A DNA stretch of 20,709 bases from Candidatus Thorarchaeota archaeon. GTDB taxonomy: Archaea; Asgardarchaeota; Thorarchaeia; Thorarchaeales; Thorarchaeaceae. Below, piece after piece: positions 1 through 8,953 of the stretch (positions are counted from its first letter, which is position 1; each line of letters starts with the position of its first letter). The DNA is taken from contig JAEOTX010000215.1 in the NCBI GenBank assembly GCA_016839605.1, forward strand, positions 1-20,709, in the 5' to 3' direction. The notes beneath the pieces were generated by a model. That model had not been told where the DNA came from. It worked only from the letters and a program-made list of their open reading frames with translations, and searched no databases. The position numbers were made by a program, and so were the translations under genes.

Positions 1-241
1 AATCAATAGGGCGTGGAAGTAATGTACAGGCACTAAACAATCGATCTGGATAGATAGCTGCTGCAGTTAGATTGAGCTCATTGTCTTTGAAGGGATTCAG
101 AGGAGTGAGCACAGCCTTCTCTATGCCAAAGTGGTCCATTCGACTGATAAGCAGATCAACTTGCTCTGCGAGATTGTGTTTATCAATCTCATGAAGCGAG
201 TTCCTATCTGTTCCAAGATGTGTGTGAATATCCGTCGTCAT
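1..241 (-). CDS. Amidohydrolase family protein (Amidohydrolase_2-like), 5' part only; runs off the window start
   Basis: Not in the ORF track; translated by hand from ATG at 241: MTTDIHTHLGTDRNSLHEIDKHNLAEQVDLLISRMDHFGIEKAVLTPLNPFKDNELNLTAAAIYPDRLFSACTLLPRPID. It has the N-terminal D-x-H-x-H metal motif and the typical 'MD..GI..AV' and 'YPDR' segments. GAGGAG RBS lies just upstream. Confidence 0.85.
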   Translation of the reverse strand, partial: MTTDIHTHLGTDRNSLHEIDKHNLAEQVDLLISRMDHFGIEKAVLTPLNPFKDNELNLTAAAIYPDRLFSACTLLPRPID

Positions 242-334
242 GACGCGCACTCCTCATGTGGTGCATCTCAGTACTGATTATTTTGAGTAATATTATTTGT
301 TGGGAGCTTATCATTATCCCTAAAAGGAAGAATA

Positions 335-976
335 TTGCATTTCGAGGCGAGTCAATTGACTGAGAACGAAGAGAAACCCCGCAGCATTGGACGGAGTCTT
401 AGCCGCCTCTCAAGTGATATCAACGTAGACCGCTTCATGCTAATGGAGTATCTGGGACCAATTGTCGATGGTTGCAGGTCCGCCCTAAGCGTGAGTGTGG
501 AAAAAGCAAGACAACTTCACAACATGTCTGAAGATGAATTTGAGGAGTTCATGCACACAAGTGGCAATTCGTTTGCGAATATTTCACTCTGCTTCAAAAC
601 TTCTGATACTGATGACGAATATTCCATTGTATTTGATGGTGGACTTGTGAAGGTATATGATGAGTGCATTGAGCCAGACGTCGTAATTGTATCTGACTTC
701 GAAACACTAGTCGACCTTCTTGATAGCGATCCGCGCATTTCACCTCCAGACCTTCTAGGAGGCAATCTAAGTGTTGTAGGCGCTGATGCTGTAGAGATAG
801 TGGAGGCCTTGGGCTTCCTCTGTTATCCATCATTGCTTCGCATGGCCCGCTCAGGCGTAGATCCGTCTTCCTTGCTCTCGGAGGATGCCGATGTTCTGAT
901 TATCGCTGCTGCATCCGACATGGTTACTAGAATGGTGCAACGGTGGATAGATGTCAGCATGAAAGAGAAAGACTAG
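335..976 (+). CDS. Hypothetical protein with a probable SCP2 (sterol-carrier/lipid-binding)-like domain
   Basis: 213-aa ORF with TTG start (true start uncertain). The central segment 'YSIVFDGGLVKVYDECIEPDVVIVSDFETLVDLL...LLGGNLSVVG' fits the SCP2 pattern (beta strands, PD-V/I, helix, G-x-L-x-V-x-G). Confidence 0.55.
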   Translation: MHFEASQLTENEEKPRSIGRSLSRLSSDINVDRFMLMEYLGPIVDGCRSALSVSVEKARQLHNMSEDEFEEFMHTSGNSFANISLCFKTSDTDDEYSIVFDGGLVKVYDECIEPDVVIVSDFETLVDLLDSDPRISPPDLLGGNLSVVGADAVEIVEALGFLCYPSLLRMARSGVDPSSLLSEDADVLIIAAASDMVTRMVQRWIDVSMKEKD

Positions 977-977
977 C

Positions 978-2123
978 TCACCACAGTCCATGCCATGGGA
1001 ACACCTTTTCTCTCACTTGACGAAGCACTCTGTCAAGATGCAGCCTGACCTCTTCGATAGGAAGATATAGTTGAACGACCTCTTCATCATCTCTCATACT
1101 CATAGGGAATTTTGTGTATCCTCTTTCCTTACAGAGCTGCACGAACGAATCCGGCATGTCAGATGGCACCTTCTTGTCCAATATAAGAGATAGAAATAGG
1201 GTCCATAGACGGGCAACATTCACTGGGTGATAGCCTCCACCCCCAACAGCAAGCCATCCGATATCACATGTCTTCTCAGCCATCTCTTTCAGTTTACGGA
1301 GGACATGCTCGTATCCCCGTGATGAGTAGCTGAGTTGGGCTATTGGATCCAAGAAATGAGCATCAACTCCTAATTGTGTTACCAATAATTGTGGCTGGAA
1401 AGCATCGAATAGCGGAACCACAATCTCATCGAATGTTTGAATGAGCTCATCACTGCCTGCTCCAGGTAGAACAGGCACATTGACAGAATGCCCCACGCCT
1501 TCGCCACTGCCATTATCATGAACATATCCTGTGCCAGGGAATAGTGTTTGGCCGTGTTGGTGTATTGAGATGGTGAGTACATCCTTGGACCCATAGAAGG
1601 CATTCTGAACTCCATCACCATGATGAGCATCAATGTCTAGGTATAGCACCTTGGCTGTTCTTTGCTGCTGCAAATACTTGATAGAAACTACAACATCGTT
1701 GAAGACGCAAAAACCTGAGGCCATGCTTTCATGCGCATGGTGAAGTCCGCCTGAAATGACGAAGGCTTTGGATGCTCCGTTCATCATAGCCTTCATCGTA
1801 TCCAGTGTGGCTCCAACGTAGCGAGCAGCTGCATCATAAAGATTCGGAAAGACAGGATTGTCCATTGTGCCGAGTCCATACTCAGGTCTTGATGTCAGAG
1901 AATCACCACTCTCAATTACCGCATCGATAAAGGCCTGACTGTGAAATGTCTCGAGGTCCTCTCGTGTAGGCATTGTAGGCTCGATGAGCTTGACATGTTT
2001 TAGAAGACCTACAGCCTGAGATAGTTCATAGGTCAGGGAGAGTCTATCTGGCTTGAGGGGATGATCCTCTTTGAACTCGTATTGTAGCAGTGCGTCCGTA
2101 TAGGGGTAGATTAGTTTGCTCAT
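978..2123 (-). CDS. acuC: Zn-dependent deacetylase, histone deacetylase/AcuC family
   Basis: Intact motifs HPLKPDRL, GGLHHA, SGFCVFND, YLDIDAHHGDGVQ, SIHQ..LFPGTG, GVDAHFLDP and GGGGY. Confidence 0.93.
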   Translation of the reverse strand: MSKLIYPYTDALLQYEFKEDHPLKPDRLSLTYELSQAVGLLKHVKLIEPTMPTREDLETFHSQAFIDAVIESGDSLTSRPEYGLGTMDNPVFPNLYDAAARYVGATLDTMKAMMNGASKAFVISGGLHHAHESMASGFCVFNDVVVSIKYLQQQRTAKVLYLDIDAHHGDGVQNAFYGSKDVLTISIHQHGQTLFPGTGYVHDNGSGEGVGHSVNVPVLPGAGSDELIQTFDEIVVPLFDAFQPQLLVTQLGVDAHFLDPIAQLSYSSRGYEHVLRKLKEMAEKTCDIGWLAVGGGGYHPVNVARLWTLFLSLILDKKVPSDMPDSFVQLCKERGYTKFPMSMRDDEEVVQLYLPIEEVRLHLDRVLRQVREKVFPWHGLW

Positions 2124-2195
2124 TGATGATGCACTGTTTTGTCAATCCCCATTGGCCTTATTATCTCAACGCTTCAGTAAAACAGGGCCAAGAGC

Positions 2196-4343
2196 TCACT
2201 TATCCAATAGCTCCGCAATTCCACTCATGTATGCTTTTCTAGCTTCCTTCAAGTCAACACTGAAACTGCCAAAGTTTGCTATTGGTTCATTCAGAGTCAA
2301 GCCGAGTTCAGTAGCTACTACCTTGCAGCTCTCCATTGTACGGAGGAATTCTTCCTGATTTGTTTCAGTTACTTCAACAAGATATCTAGCTGAGGTCTCT
2401 GAATAAAGAATCTCTGTCATACCTATCGCAGACCCTGGAATATCTGAAAGATCAAGTCTGAAACCGAAATCCCCGCGTAGCGCCATCTTCATGAGACCAA
2501 TGGCCAAGCCTCCTCTGCCGATATCATTGCAGGATCTAACGATTCCCTTTGCGTGAGATGCAAGCACTGCCTCCATCGCAGATTTCTCCATTCCAGCTTG
2601 ATAGCCAGGAGGCAGTCCTTGAACTCTACCGAGCTGAACCTGTTGAAACACGGATCCATTAAGTTCCCTATGCGTTTCACCAACAAGGAAGAGATTGGCC
2701 CATGGCGTACATAGGCTCCTTCTTGCAGGAAGACGGTTACCCGGCAGAACGCCAGCCATCATAACTTGGGGAGTGAGATGGATCCTCCTGGATTTGCCAT
2801 CTATTGTCTTCTCGTTATATGGTGAAACGCCCCCCGTTAGAACGGGAATGTTGAAATCATGCGAGAATCTACCAATACCTTTTACAGCCTCTACAAACTC
2901 AGCGTAGGATTCCGGGCGTTCTGGATTTCCTATATTCAAGCAATCTGCTATGAAAATGGGTTTGGCACCTGATGCTACCAAGTTTCTCATAGCTAGTGTA
3001 GCAGAGTTGGCAGCTCCAATCTGAGGGTGAAGGTGGCTCCAAGATGAGTTACAAGATGTGGTAAGGGCTATTCTCTTTCCCTTAGGAAGCTCAATGACGC
3101 CAGAATTATCTCCAATGTCAACAATGGTGTTCGCCTGTATATGTTGGTCAAACTGACTGTAAATCCACGTTCTGTCTGCAATGTTCACAGAGGAAAGCAT
3201 CGACAACAGCATCTGCACATGATCGAGGGGTTCTACTAGCCAGTCCATCGATGCTGTTCTCTCAGGCAGGCACTCCTCAAATCGGTCTGGCTCTAGGAAT
3301 CCGCTTGTTAATAGAACGGCTGGTAGACTAACCTTCAATTCTCCATAATGATACAAGTTGTAAAATCCCTCATCAGTGACCTGACCAATCACTGAATGCG
3401 GTGTGTTGTATCCGTCAAGGATGGCGAGAACTCTTTCCAGATTCTCAGGAGCCACTACTGCAAGCATTCGATCCTGTGAATCAGATGTTACAATCTCGAG
3501 CGCACTCATATCTTCCTCGCAAATTGGAACTTTGTCCGAATGTATTTCAACACCAGTATTCCCTCGCGCTGCTAATTTTGCTCCTGCCAGGGCTAATCCT
3601 CCTCCACCCACGTCTTCCAAACCTCTGAGGAGCTTTCCATCAATGAGCTGTTCTAGGGTGTCAATGACTATTCGTTTTGCCAAAGGATTCCCAGGGACAG
3701 AGGTATTACTGCTCTCAGATGACTCAGTATCGTCAATGAGACGCTCTTTGCCGGTCTTAGCGCCGAAGAGAACGAGATGATGACCGGGTGTTGATGCCCG
3801 GCTCATTACCATGCTATCTGCTTCAGTTATGCCGATGCATACAGCATTTAGTACACAATTTTCTCCGAATGAATCGTTGAACTCAGCATCTCCCCCTACC
3901 ATTGGAATCCCTACACTATTTGCAAACTCTGAGATTCCTCTCACCGCTTCCTTCAACGCAAAGGCATGATCCTTGATGCTTGGATCTCCGAATCTCAGAC
4001 TATTCAATAACGCAACTGGTTTGCAGCCGTGTGCAATCACATCACTGATCACCCCTGCAATCGCAAGTGCAGAGCCAATGTATGGATTGGCCTGTGTGGG
4101 ATGATTGTTGGACTCCATCGCTACACCAAGTAGGATGCCGTCACCGAGGTCAACTATCCCTGCACCCTTTCCAAGGCCTAGCACTACATTTTCACCATCG
4201 GTCTTGAACTCACTAAACCATCTTCTACTGCTTTTGTAGCTCCTTCTCTCCGACCATAGAATTGCAACAACCCCTAACTCAGTTTCAGTAGGCTCTCGAC
4301 CTAGAGCTAAGGACAGCTGGCCTTTTTCAGAGTCAGTCATCAT
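2196..4343 (-). CDS. purL: PurL (small FGAM synthase II)-like protein with substituted active-site residues
   Basis: Collinear with small PurL (LGREPT.TEL, WSE..SYKSS, ES.NHP, LNSLRFGDP, GAKTG, SQ.RM, LN.GNPE, VS.YNE). WSEHCSY reads WSERRSY and ESHNHP reads ESNNHP. The ORF track starts at 4379; ATG 4343 is preferred because GGTGA (which contains the purQ stop) lies 10 nt upstream. Confidence 0.85.
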   Translation of the reverse strand: MMTDSEKGQLSLALGREPTETELGVVAILWSERRSYKSSRRWFSEFKTDGENVVLGLGKGAGIVDLGDGILLGVAMESNNHPTQANPYIGSALAIAGVISDVIAHGCKPVALLNSLRFGDPSIKDHAFALKEAVRGISEFANSVGIPMVGGDAEFNDSFGENCVLNAVCIGITEADSMVMSRASTPGHHLVLFGAKTGKERLIDDTESSESSNTSVPGNPLAKRIVIDTLEQLIDGKLLRGLEDVGGGGLALAGAKLAARGNTGVEIHSDKVPICEEDMSALEIVTSDSQDRMLAVVAPENLERVLAILDGYNTPHSVIGQVTDEGFYNLYHYGELKVSLPAVLLTSGFLEPDRFEECLPERTASMDWLVEPLDHVQMLLSMLSSVNIADRTWIYSQFDQHIQANTIVDIGDNSGVIELPKGKRIALTTSCNSSWSHLHPQIGAANSATLAMRNLVASGAKPIFIADCLNIGNPERPESYAEFVEAVKGIGRFSHDFNIPVLTGGVSPYNEKTIDGKSRRIHLTPQVMMAGVLPGNRLPARRSLCTPWANLFLVGETHRELNGSVFQQVQLGRVQGLPPGYQAGMEKSAMEAVLASHAKGIVRSCNDIGRGGLAIGLMKMALRGDFGFRLDLSDIPGSAIGMTEILYSETSARYLVEVTETNQEEFLRTMESCKVVATELGLTLNEPIANFGSFSVDLKEARKAYMSGIAELLDK

Positions 4344-4353
4344 GATGAACTCA

Positions 4354-5052
4354 TCACCTTGCCGTAATAGATCGGACAAAGCTCTCGAGCAGAATGAGCC
4401 CGTCTGCTGACGTAAGCTCTACCTTGGTTGCTCTCTCTGGATGAGGCACAATCCCGAGCACATTTCCAGCTTCATTCTTCACTCCCGCAATATTATCCAT
4501 TGACCCATTTGGATTTGCTTCAGGAATCATCTCACCATCTTGATTGCAGTATCTGAACAAGACTCCTCCACTATCAACAATTCTTTCCAGTTCTTTCTTC
4601 TTGAAGTGAAATCTCCCATGAGAATGGGCGACTGGAACTCGAATTACCAAACCTTCGAGGCCATCTGTGAAAATCGTTGGGTCTTTGCAAACGCGAAGAT
4701 ATACCCACTTGCAAACAAATCGCCCCTTCACATTCTTGCGGAGCTGTCCGGGGAGTAGGCGAAATCGTGTCAATATCTGGACGCCATTTCCAATTCCTAG
4801 AATAGGCTTATTCGATTCAGCGAATTCTTGAATCTCATTCTTCAGACCGTCAATCCACTTTTCGGCACCCACACTCACATATTCATCGATCGAAACTCCA
4901 CTTGGAATGACAAGCGCATCAGCTTCACTTAGCGTTCCAACTCCATCACGGCTCGATGCGATGTATGGCCTTGCTCCTGGAATAACAGAAAGCGCTCGAA
5001 AAACATCCTTTTCGCTATTTGTCCCAGGGAATTTGACGATAGCTATCGTCAT
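4354..5052 (-). CDS. purQ: PurQ (FGAM synthase glutaminase subunit)-like protein lacking the catalytic Cys
   Basis: FPGTN, 'PVAHSHGRF', NPNGS..NIAG and PHPER are present. The nucleophile motif GICNGFQ reads GIGNGVQ and PGGFSYGD reads PSGVSIDE. GGAGG RBS upstream. Confidence 0.88.
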   Translation of the reverse strand: MTIAIVKFPGTNSEKDVFRALSVIPGARPYIASSRDGVGTLSEADALVIPSGVSIDEYVSVGAEKWIDGLKNEIQEFAESNKPILGIGNGVQILTRFRLLPGQLRKNVKGRFVCKWVYLRVCKDPTIFTDGLEGLVIRVPVAHSHGRFHFKKKELERIVDSGGVLFRYCNQDGEMIPEANPNGSMDNIAGVKNEAGNVLGIVPHPERATKVELTSADGLILLESFVRSITAR

Positions 5053-5201
5053 AGCAACAAGCCTCCGAATACCTGCAAGACACGTCTAGGTTGGTTTGGA
5101 AGAAGTGGTTAATAATACTGTGCTCAGAGGGCAATGGATGAACTCATGAGTATAGAAGGTTTATCTTGAACTGATATCTATACCATATCTAGGCGATTAG
5201 T

Positions 5202-5666
5202 ATGCCTGATTCGGATGATTTGACCTCGTACTGTGGCCTTTATTGCCCTGGGTGTGGAATACACCAAGGCAAAGTTACAGAACGAGTTGAGGGCCTTCAG
5301 AAGATACTCACTTCCTACAAGATAGGTGATAGAAAGGAAGCTCTCAGCAAGGAAGAACCAGCGTTCAAGCACTACGACGAATTTGAGCAGGTAATGAACG
5401 GAATAAAGGAGGTCTTTGGAAGTTGTGCTGGGTGCCGAAAAGGGGGCGGCATTCCTGATTGCAAAGTGAGATCCTGCGCCAAAGATAGAGGCTATCAAAC
5501 GTGTTTGGACTGCATCAGAATGGAGACCTGCTCAGAACTGAAGAGCCGGTCATGGGCATTGCCAGCTTTACGAAAGATTCGCGATGAAGGATACGAGTCG
5601 TGGTTAAAGACTAAACGTGAGATGGTTGAAGCTGGTTGGAGCTATCTGGCTGATGGAGATTTCTGA
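5202..5666 (+). CDS. DUF3795-type cysteine-rich (putative Fe-S/Zn-binding) protein
   Basis: CGLYCPGC ... CAGCR ... CKVRSCA ... CLDC ... C (10 Cys), the pattern of DUF3795 proteins. Confidence 0.8.
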   Translation: MPDSDDLTSYCGLYCPGCGIHQGKVTERVEGLQKILTSYKIGDRKEALSKEEPAFKHYDEFEQVMNGIKEVFGSCAGCRKGGGIPDCKVRSCAKDRGYQTCLDCIRMETCSELKSRSWALPALRKIRDEGYESWLKTKREMVEAGWSYLADGDF

Positions 5667-5678
5667 AGATATTCAGTT

Positions 5679-6218
5679 TTAGAGGAACTCGCGTATCAGA
5701 GTTCCGATGAGTGTACCCAGGAGTGATGCAAGAACAACTAGTAGCAGATAGACTCCTGCTACAACTAGGCCATTTACGACGAATTGACCTATGTCAAATG
5801 CTGGCCAGATCAAAGCAGGGCTGACTAGGTATAACATGAAAAATAGCACAAAGAAGAATGTAACCATCAAAGCGGCGAAGAGGCTCTGGTTGGTCCTTTC
5901 TATCACCAGTCCAACTGGTATAGCAACAATCATCGGAATAACGAAGGTGGATAATCCCGTAGCTTCAATTCGCAAAATCATGATCTCGGAATACAGGTAG
6001 GCATCAATGAGTCCAACAAACAAAGGCATCAATATCATGACAAGACGGTCCCTCCGCCGTTCAGTCATGCCTATCCCGAGTAGCTTCACAATTGGTTCTA
6101 CCTTGCCCTCTCGGGATATCGTCGGCTTTGCGGTTTCAGGAAGTGGTCTAAGGAGCCCGGTCTTCTCTTCCTCCTCTTGTTCGGGAGCCTCAACTCTGAA
6201 CTTTGACTCATCTTCCAT
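5679..6218 (-). CDS. Hypothetical integral membrane protein (about 4 TM helices, acidic N-terminal tail)
   Basis: Four hydrophobic segments follow a charged ~58-aa N-terminus. AAAGG-TTTTATT promoter-like sequence ~35 nt upstream. Confidence 0.75.
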   Translation of the reverse strand: MEDESKFRVEAPEQEEEEKTGLLRPLPETAKPTISREGKVEPIVKLLGIGMTERRRDRLVMILMPLFVGLIDAYLYSEIMILRIEATGLSTFVIPMIVAIPVGLVIERTNQSLFAALMVTFFFVLFFMLYLVSPALIWPAFDIGQFVVNGLVVAGVYLLLVVLASLLGTLIGTLIREFL

Positions 6219-6353
6219 AGCTTACACTATCTTCACTACCCGGTTGACCCTGAATAAAACCTTTGCATACAAGCAGTAGGTTGTTGAGTGCGGTCTCGAC
6301 CACAACGGCTATCAACATCCCCGTACTCCATTCGTTCAATTGGAGATGACTCA

Positions 6354-7478
6354 ATGGCGAAAGGAGAGCCAGTTGCAGAAGACAAACTCGAGGACGATCT
6401 GTCCGAAGCTTCAATGACACGAAGAAGGAAGATTGAACACATTGAGATCTGTCTTGATGAGGATGTGCAATGCCGCCGGTCTTCTATGTATGAACACATA
6501 GGCCTCATCCATAATGCATTGCCTGAAATTGACAAAGACAAGATCGACCTCACGACCAATTTTCTAGGACTTCGTGCCCATGCTCCTCTGGTAATAGCCG
6601 CTATGACGGGTGGTCATCCTAAGACCTATGAGATCAATAGGAAGCTGGCAGGGGCTGCTGAAGAACTTAGAATCCCAATAGGGGTTGGAAGTCAGAGGGC
6701 TGCTGTAGAGGACCCTTCTCTTGCAGATACTTTTCGGGTTGTGAGAGAAGCTGCGCCTTCAGTTCCTGTAATCGCTAATATTGGTGCAACTCATGTTGAT
6801 GTAGCTCCCGACGCAGTAGAGATGATTGACGCAGATATTCTTGCAATTCACCTCAATCCATTACAGGAGGCAGTTCAGCCTGAGGGCGACTGCAATTCTG
6901 AAGGTGTTCTTGATAACATTTCATCTATTGTGGATTCTGTAGAGGTTCCTGTCATTGTGAAGGAAACCGGAGCTGGAATTTCAGGAGAAGTGGCTCAATC
7001 ATTGGAGTCTGTGGGGATAGACGCCATTGACGTCGGAGGAGTAGGTGGAACTAGCTGGGCGGCTGTCGAGTACTTTAGAGCGGTCAAGGAAGATGATGAC
7101 CTGAAAGCCCAACTTGGGCTTGATTTCTGGTCGTGGGGAATACCAACTGCTTTGAGTGTGATTATGGTTCGGGATGCTACAGAACTTGATGTTATTGCTA
7201 CTGGTGGGATTCGAAATGGCCTTGACGTAGCAAAGTCTCTTTCACTTGGTGCTATGGCGGCAGGCATTGCTCATCCTTTGCTTAGGCCAGCTGCAATGGG
7301 TTCAACACTAGATGTTGTAGTTGAGGTAGAACGCATTCTAGAGGGTCTTAAGATTGCAATGTATCTGACTGGGTGCAGTAGAGTGGACGACTTAGCTGAA
7401 CGACCCCTTATCCTAAGTGGAGAACTTATCGATGCTCTCAACTCACTGGATATAGACTTCAAGAAGATTGCTGGCTAG
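6354..7478 (+). CDS. fni: Isopentenyl-diphosphate delta-isomerase, type 2 (FMN-dependent)
   Basis: RKIEHI, HNALPE, AMTGG, GVGSQR, HLNPLQEAVQPEGD, VKETGAG, GGTSWAAVE, WGIPT and GGIRNGLD. The ORF track starts at GTG 6288; ATG 6354 with GGAG upstream is more likely. Confidence 0.96.
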   Translation: MAKGEPVAEDKLEDDLSEASMTRRRKIEHIEICLDEDVQCRRSSMYEHIGLIHNALPEIDKDKIDLTTNFLGLRAHAPLVIAAMTGGHPKTYEINRKLAGAAEELRIPIGVGSQRAAVEDPSLADTFRVVREAAPSVPVIANIGATHVDVAPDAVEMIDADILAIHLNPLQEAVQPEGDCNSEGVLDNISSIVDSVEVPVIVKETGAGISGEVAQSLESVGIDAIDVGGVGGTSWAAVEYFRAVKEDDDLKAQLGLDFWSWGIPTALSVIMVRDATELDVIATGGIRNGLDVAKSLSLGAMAAGIAHPLLRPAAMGSTLDVVVEVERILEGLKIAMYLTGCSRVDDLAERPLILSGELIDALNSLDIDFKKIAG

Positions 7479-8881
7479 ATTGCTCCGATTCTCTGGAGGT
7501 ATTTGGAGCGCTTCCTGATACCATTTAGCATCTGGACAGCTTCTTCAATTGTATCCGCAACTGGGATTCCATTCAATTCGAATCCCCGTATAATGACCTC
7601 ATACTTGTCCAAGTTGGGCACAAACGAGACCACGGTCTTTGTATGCCTTTTGGCGACATTCGCCACCCTTGCACCTATCTGCAGGGATATCCCTGGAGCA
7701 TAGGGTAACAAAAGCAATAGCGCAGCATCAATGGAGTCGAAGGTGAGCATTTCATTCAGAACACGTTCATAATCAACGTCTGCAGCACTGCCCGTGAGAT
7801 CAATTGGGTTTCTAAATGAGGCGATTCCCTGATACGCAGGCGTCATTACACTCCTCATCCTATCCTGCTGCTCCTTTGTGAATGGCGGAAATACTAGACC
7901 GTAATGAGACGCTTCATCGCTAGCGATGACTCCATGACCCCCACTCACCGTCATTGTTCCAACCCCTGAGCCAGGCATAGGTTTTGGTTTTGATGAGAAG
8001 ACCTTTGCATATGCCATCACTTCGTCTTCATCAACTGCATGAATCACGCCGTATTGCTCAAACGCTGCCTCAGTGATTGCCATATCTCCCGCAAGAGATG
8101 ATGTGTGACTCTGAGTGGCTCGATGCCCTGCCTCTGATTCGCCGCCCTTCAGTACAATCACAGGTTTCTTGGGAGCAATCCTTGAGCAGGTTTCTACAAA
8201 CTCTCTCCCCTCACCCTCGCCAAATCCTTCGATGTAGGCGAGAATAACATCAACTCCCTCATCTTCGCCGAAGTGTTTTACAAAGTCGGTGGTATTTGTC
8301 TGAGCCTGATTGCCAATGGAAATGGCTGCTGCGATTCCAACATCTCGAGATGCGAACTCCTCGAGTCTTTCTACAAGCCAGCCTCCGCTCTGACTGATTA
8401 TCGCTACACATCCTTTTCGAGGACGAGCAACACGTTCAGACGGCAAGAAGAAGGTGTCCAGTTGGTCTGGAACAAAGACTCCGATGCAATTTGGACCAAC
8501 CATTGAGATACCGTTACTTACTGCGATATCAACAATCTCGTCTTGAAGAGACTTTCCAGACTCCCCAACTTCACTGAATCCTCCTGAAACTACTATTACC
8601 GACTTGATTCCCTTGTCCGCACATTGTTGCAGAACACCAGACACGTATTTTGCTGGCACCGAAATGACGACAAGCTCGATGTCATCAGGCGCTGCGTTAA
8701 TGCTCTTGAAAACTTCTTTCCCCTCAACAATCCCCCCCTTAGGATTTATCGGATATGTTGGTAGATTATTCTCGAAGCAAAGCTTCCTGAAGATCACATT
8801 GCCTGGGGAGAATGGGTTGGATGTGGAAACACCAACTACGGCTGTGACTTTCGGATTCAACATTGTCTTGAGACCTGACAT
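7475..8881 (-). CDS. acdA: ADP-forming acyl/acetate-CoA ligase, alpha subunit (CoA-binding)
   Basis: AVVGVS, YPINPK, SGGFSEVG, GPNCIG, ISQSGG, SIGNQA, phospho-His motif SHTSSLAG and NPIDLTG. No ATP-grasp beta subunit adjacent. Shares a CTAG (both stop codons) with convergent fni. Confidence 0.88.
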   Translation of the reverse strand: MSGLKTMLNPKVTAVVGVSTSNPFSPGNVIFRKLCFENNLPTYPINPKGGIVEGKEVFKSINAAPDDIELVVISVPAKYVSGVLQQCADKGIKSVIVVSGGFSEVGESGKSLQDEIVDIAVSNGISMVGPNCIGVFVPDQLDTFFLPSERVARPRKGCVAIISQSGGWLVERLEEFASRDVGIAAAISIGNQAQTNTTDFVKHFGEDEGVDVILAYIEGFGEGEGREFVETCSRIAPKKPVIVLKGGESEAGHRATQSHTSSLAGDMAITEAAFEQYGVIHAVDEDEVMAYAKVFSSKPKPMPGSGVGTMTVSGGHGVIASDEASHYGLVFPPFTKEQQDRMRSVMTPAYQGIASFRNPIDLTGSAADVDYERVLNEMLTFDSIDAALLLLLPYAPGISLQIGARVANVAKRHTKTVVSFVPNLDKYEVIIRGFELNGIPVADTIEEAVQMLNGIRKRSKYLQRIGAI

Positions 8882-8953
8882 GGACTTCCCTCAACCTGTC
8901 TTGAATCGTGTTTGATGTTGCCCCTTATATCAGATGTGTTGCGGAGCCTGTAA

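Noticed and set aside
2196-5052. Classical pseudogenes, or selenocysteine at the PurQ nucleophile
   Set aside because: Both frames are full length with RBSs and no stops or frameshifts; the codon is GGA, not TGA.
7475-7478. CTAG-overlapping convergent stop codons (also at 16311-16318) as a special signal
   Set aside because: An expected by-product of TAG stops in a compact genome.
7475-8881. acdA as a fourth gene of the tubulin-like operon
   Set aside because: A 72-nt gap contains its own TATA-like element (ATATAAG on the minus strand, ~8930-8924) and the function is metabolic; read-through cannot be excluded.
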